From Ohtaekwangia sp. (GTDB taxonomy: Bacteria > Bacteroidota > Bacteroidia > Cytophagales > Cyclobacteriaceae), in assembly GCA_035628875.1 (NCBI GenBank), contig DASPIZ010000135.1:50875-114874 (forward strand): a DNA stretch of 64,000 nt. The letters are read 5' to 3'. Positions 60,248 to 64,000 of the stretch are shown here, piece after piece (the stretch's first letter is position 1; each line of letters starts with the position of its first letter). Below the pieces are notes generated by a model. The model was not told the origin of the DNA. It did not search any database and saw only the letters and a list, made by a program, of their open reading frames with translations. A program made the position numbers and the translations under genes.

Positions 60248-63010
60248 TCAGAATTTAAAATTATAGGTGATGGTAGGGATCGGCCGGGCAAAAACGGAAA
60301 GTTTATACCCTTTTACAGCTGTGCCTTCGGTAACAAAGTACACAGAATACGCATTTGCTCTACCCAGTACGTTGTAGATGGAGAATGTCCATGAACTATG
60401 CGCCAGTTTTCGCACCTTATGATTGCCTTCAAAGTTCAAAGAAATATCAGAACGGAAGTAATCAGGTATTCTGGCTCCATTTCTATCCCCATAAAATATT
60501 CTTTCTGTCCCTTCAAAGTTATACTTTCCAAGGGGCAGGGTAATCGGACGCCCCGTGCTATATACAATGTTCAGCGAAAAATTAAATCGACGGCTGAACT
60601 TATAATTGCCAATAAAATTAACAGCATGTGGTTTGTCAAAATTGCTCGGGTAATACGCGCCTTTGTTTACCCTTTCACTATTAAAATCGGAGACTACTTT
60701 TAGAAAAGAACGCGAGTACGTATAACTGATCCAACCATTAACTTTACCGGTTGACTTCTTGATCATAAATTCGAGTCCGTAAGCTTTGCCCCTGGCGTCG
60801 AGAACATCGGTTTCTATCTGTTCGTTGGATATCAACTCACCGCCGTCTTTATAATCGATCGTACTAAGTGTATTCTTATAATAAGCTTCAACGGAAGTTT
60901 CAATTCGATTGCCCATCAGGTTTTTGTATAAGCCTACAGAGAATTGATCACCCACCTGTGGTTTTATGTACCGGTCACTTAATTTCCAGGTATCAATCGG
61001 CGTAATCGATGTTGTATTGGAGAGCATCTGAACGTATTGCCGCATCCGGTTATAGCTGAATTTAACCGAAGCGTTTTCGGACAGCGAGTAGCGAAGTGAG
61101 ACACGCGGTTCCATGCCATGGTAAGTGATAACCTTTTCTCCTTTACCATAAGAAAGGGTATCCGCGATATTATTTTTATGACGCGGCACACCCTCGCGAT
61201 AAACATACACATCGCGTTCGCCAAAATTGGAATACAACGAATACCGCATGCCGAGATACACCGACAGCTTCGGCGTCAACTCATAATTGTCTCCGACATA
61301 AACAGCGCTTTCCAAACCCCTGTCGCGCTGAAGAACCTTGCTGCTATGAATGGATTCTTCGCCTTTTGGTTGAAGATCTCCTGGCGATATTCCATACCGT
61401 GTTACGCTTACCCCTCCGGTTAGATTGTGTTTGGCGTTCGGAAAGAAATAAAAGTCTGCCTTACCATTGACCTGCGCAATTGAAAAATCCATGTTAAACG
61501 CATCAGCCGGATTTTCGACGCTATTGATCGAATAACTGTAATTGCTATACGTACCCGTGAGGACGCCGTAAAATTTATTATTGAAAACATGTTTCCATTT
61601 CAACGAAGCGTTTCGGTCGCTGTAGGCATAAGCCGTATCACCATTTAATTTAAACTTGTCTTTACTGATATAACCCGAGAGATACAGGTTATTGTTGTCA
61701 TTAATTTTATGCGAAATGTTAGCCGTTACATCGTAAAAAGACGCAGAACTATTCTTAAGCGCCTCCTCATCTAAACGGCGAAGCAACCAATTTGAATATG
61801 TTGATCTTACACCGACAACAAACGAAGTGCGTTCTTTCAATATTGGACCTTCCAATGTAAATCTTCCGGTAATTGGGCTTATTCCCCCTGCACCTGAGAA
61901 TTTTTTAATATTACCCTCCCTGCTGTGTACATCTAAAACTGAAGATAACCGGCCACCATAATCAGCAGTGATGCCGCTCTTATACAGTTCAACATTTTTT
62001 AATACATCGGGATTGAATGTCGAAAAGAATCCAAACAAATGCGATGGGTTAAAAACAACCGCGTCATTGAATAAAATCAGATTTTGATTTGTTGCTCCAC
62101 CGCGCACATTTATCCCCCCGGAGCCTTCGCCTACACTCTGCACACCTGGTAAGGCCAGCATAACCTTCATAATATCGGTTTCACCCAATGCCAGGGGTAG
62201 TTGTTTCATGGTGCGGATGTCCAGTTTTTCCATACCCATCTGCATACCCGTCACACGAATGTCTCGTTCCGATTCGATCACCACTTCTTTTAATGGTGTT
62301 ACATCTTCTTCAAGCTCGATATCAAGGCGTCCATCAGCGTATAGCATAATCTGGCGAACGGTATTCTTCATCCCGATACTTTGTATTTTAAGTTCATGCC
62401 TTCCTTTCGGCAGCGTTAAAGAATAAAAACCAGTTTGATCTGAAGCGGCACCGATCATTGGATTCTCAATGTAAACCGATGCACCGATTATGGGTTCACC
62501 TGTAGCCGCATCACGTAATCTGCCCAGCACCGTAGCAGTACCCTGCAAGTCATTCGTTCGTGCACCCAATGCATAAAGTTTTGCTTCGGCAATTCTTTTC
62601 TTCTTCTCCCGCGTTTCATATGCTGAGTAATCAAAATCAATCACCGTACGCGCATGGCCTTCGGTATGCTGGTTGAAATAATCATCCGGCAAAGTATTAA
62701 GAATCGCCCTCCCCTTTGTAATAAAAACGCGATCGTTTGAATCTATGGTATAAAACAAATCTGTATCCTGAAACAATTCAGTAAGGAACTCCTTCAGCGG
62801 TTTGTTTTTCACATTGACATTAACCTTCATACTATCGGTCCATACGGGCTTGTAATAAAACCGATATGAACTCTGCGTTTCTATTTTTGCTACTACTTCG
62901 TTGAATGACAACCCGGAGAAATCACCTTCAATCAAATCTTTTTTTTGCGCCAACGCCGAAAACGAAACAAAGCAAAAACAAATCAAAACTAAAAACCAGG
63001 TGTATTTCAT
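60248..63010 (-). CDS. TonB-dependent receptor
   Basis: STN-like and CarboxypepD-like N-domains; GINVRGG, NPSHLFGFFSTFNPD, YGGRLSSV; terminal YNFKF. Confidence 0.95.
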   Translation of the reverse strand: MKYTWFLVLICFCFVSFSALAQKKDLIEGDFSGLSFNEVVAKIETQSSYRFYYKPVWTDSMKVNVNVKNKPLKEFLTELFQDTDLFYTIDSNDRVFITKGRAILNTLPDDYFNQHTEGHARTVIDFDYSAYETREKKKRIAEAKLYALGARTNDLQGTATVLGRLRDAATGEPIIGASVYIENPMIGAASDQTGFYSLTLPKGRHELKIQSIGMKNTVRQIMLYADGRLDIELEEDVTPLKEVVIESERDIRVTGMQMGMEKLDIRTMKQLPLALGETDIMKVMLALPGVQSVGEGSGGINVRGGATNQNLILFNDAVVFNPSHLFGFFSTFNPDVLKNVELYKSGITADYGGRLSSVLDVHSREGNIKKFSGAGGISPITGRFTLEGPILKERTSFVVGVRSTYSNWLLRRLDEEALKNSSASFYDVTANISHKINDNNNLYLSGYISKDKFKLNGDTAYAYSDRNASLKWKHVFNNKFYGVLTGTYSNYSYSINSVENPADAFNMDFSIAQVNGKADFYFFPNAKHNLTGGVSVTRYGISPGDLQPKGEESIHSSKVLQRDRGLESAVYVGDNYELTPKLSVYLGMRYSLYSNFGERDVYVYREGVPRHKNNIADTLSYGKGEKVITYHGMEPRVSLRYSLSENASVKFSYNRMRQYVQMLSNTTSITPIDTWKLSDRYIKPQVGDQFSVGLYKNLMGNRIETSVEAYYKNTLSTIDYKDGGELISNEQIETDVLDARGKAYGLEFMIKKSTGKVNGWISYTYSRSFLKVVSDFNSERVNKGAYYPSNFDKPHAVNFIGNYKFSRRFNFSLNIVYSTGRPITLPLGKYNFEGTERIFYGDRNGARIPDYFRSDISLNFEGNHKVRKLAHSSWTFSIYNVLGRANAYSVYFVTEGTAVKGYKLSVFARPIPTITYNFKF

Positions 63011-63756
63011 TTTGTTCCGGGGGTTAACGCATCATAATAGGAAGCTGCTGCTGTAAGGTCTGCGACGAGTTTGTCTTTTTTAAAACGGACCCGGTTTTTT
63101 TTCATCCATGATTTCATGGCTTGCTTCTGATCGGCGAAAATACCGAGTATATCACCTTTTCCTGAAACACGTAAATAGATCTCATCCTTCAGCATGTAAT
63201 AACGAGTCTTCATTTTAAAGTAACGTTGAATTGACCTGTCTTCAATTTGTTCATTGAGCGTCTTGGTATGCCTGGCTACCAATTTAGATCTGCCTCCATA
63301 CAACACTTCGTAAAAACCAGAAACAGGCAATCCTTTTCCTTTGTTTTGGGTTTCTATAAATTCAAAAGGAACAATTCCGATGGCAAAAGCACTTACGTCT
63401 TCAGCAACCAGTGCAATAGGCGTACTGTTAAACGATTCACTTACAATTTTATCCGACGTAAGATCATATAGAAGCGGGACACGGGTATATAGCCTGTTCT
63501 TATAATGCACACTTCCCCATTGCCATTCTTCCGTCAAGAAAAATGGATGCTCACTGTTCGTTGTTCGGGGCTCAACATATCTGGCACCGTTGTACAAACT
63601 GGATTGGTGCGTGATCTGTTGATTGTACAGCTTAATACTATTTTCTTTTGCTGCGGCAAGAAAGACGGAATCATCGTTAATGGTTTGCGCCGCGATTTGA
63701 GAAGTACAAAGTCCAATCAATGTGATTGTCTTAAAAAGAATCTTTAGCATAAACAT
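63007..63756 (-). CDS. Hypothetical secreted protein heading the TonB locus
   Basis: Signal peptide; LYNGARY, HPFF, LLYD, GFYEVLYGG; overlaps the receptor start; start uncertain (63750-63807). Confidence 0.8.
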   Translation of the reverse strand: MFMLKILFKTITLIGLCTSQIAAQTINDDSVFLAAAKENSIKLYNQQITHQSSLYNGARYVEPRTTNSEHPFFLTEEWQWGSVHYKNRLYTRVPLLYDLTSDKIVSESFNSTPIALVAEDVSAFAIGIVPFEFIETQNKGKGLPVSGFYEVLYGGRSKLVARHTKTLNEQIEDRSIQRYFKMKTRYYMLKDEIYLRVSGKGDILGIFADQKQAMKSWMKKNRVRFKKDKLVADLTAAASYYDALTPGTK

Positions 63757-63855
63757 GAACACAGGATAAGAACCTGAAAATAGCATTTTAAATCCAGCCG
63801 AGAACATCGTTCAGGTAATTATCGATAAAATATATCCACACAATCATTTGTTAAG

Positions 63856-63887
63856 AAAAAAAAAAGACCCCGTCATCGGAGTCTTTT
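63856..63887 (-). terminator. Intrinsic terminator after rny
   Basis: Minus strand gactccg-atga-cggggtc followed by T10. Confidence 0.8.
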
Positions 63888-63911
63888 AATTATTATCAGA
63901 ATAAAACAGGA

Positions 63912-64000
63912 TTACTTGGCGTATGCCACACTTCGCATTTCGCGAATCACCGTAACTTTTACCTGTCCCGGATATTGCATGTCACGTTCAATCTTCTGTG
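63912..64000 (-). CDS. rny: Ribonuclease Y, C-terminal fragment (runs off window)
   Basis: Hand translation QKIERDMQYPGQVKVTVIREMRSVAYAK* matches the conserved RNase Y C-terminus. Confidence 0.9.
   Translation of the reverse strand, partial: QKIERDMQYPGQVKVTVIREMRSVAYAK

Noticed and set aside
989-63747. Numerous 60-160 aa antisense or nested ORFs in the track
   Set aside because: They lie inside well-supported genes on another frame or strand and show no family motifs.

Overview
A 64-kb chromosomal core-type segment of a Bacteroidota genome. Cytophagales (Chryseolinea/Ohtaekwangia-like) is inferred from gene content and TAnnTTTG promoters. It holds about 55 CDS: housekeeping genes (cinA, a 2-oxoacid dehydrogenase E2, prfB with its programmed +1 frameshift, rnhB, gatC, the 3' end of rny), an oxidative-stress block (catalase-oxyR-ahpC-ahpD), transporters, two-component genes and two TonB-dependent receptor loci. 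It also has one tRNA-Arg(CCT) and one frameshifted MFS gene. I found no transposase, integrase, phage, CRISPR or known defence genes. The most unusual signal is non-coding. Many intergenic gaps carry arrays of degenerate 7-bp repeats that share a loose consensus and usually present their G-rich strand directly after a stop codon. In several places these arrays are assembled into a recurring ~280-360 bp modular, two-sided cassette. A separate 8-bp-periodic hairpin family forms an alternating 106/109-bp tandem array. Protein-level candidates for undescribed systems are an orphan ParA plus small partner, a TonB receptor/DUF4249/macroglobulin-like four-gene locus, a SET protein with a histone-like Lys tail, a 985-aa multi-TM+TPR protein and an unannotated 42-aa membrane peptide. 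All family calls come from motif recognition by eye; no database searches were run.
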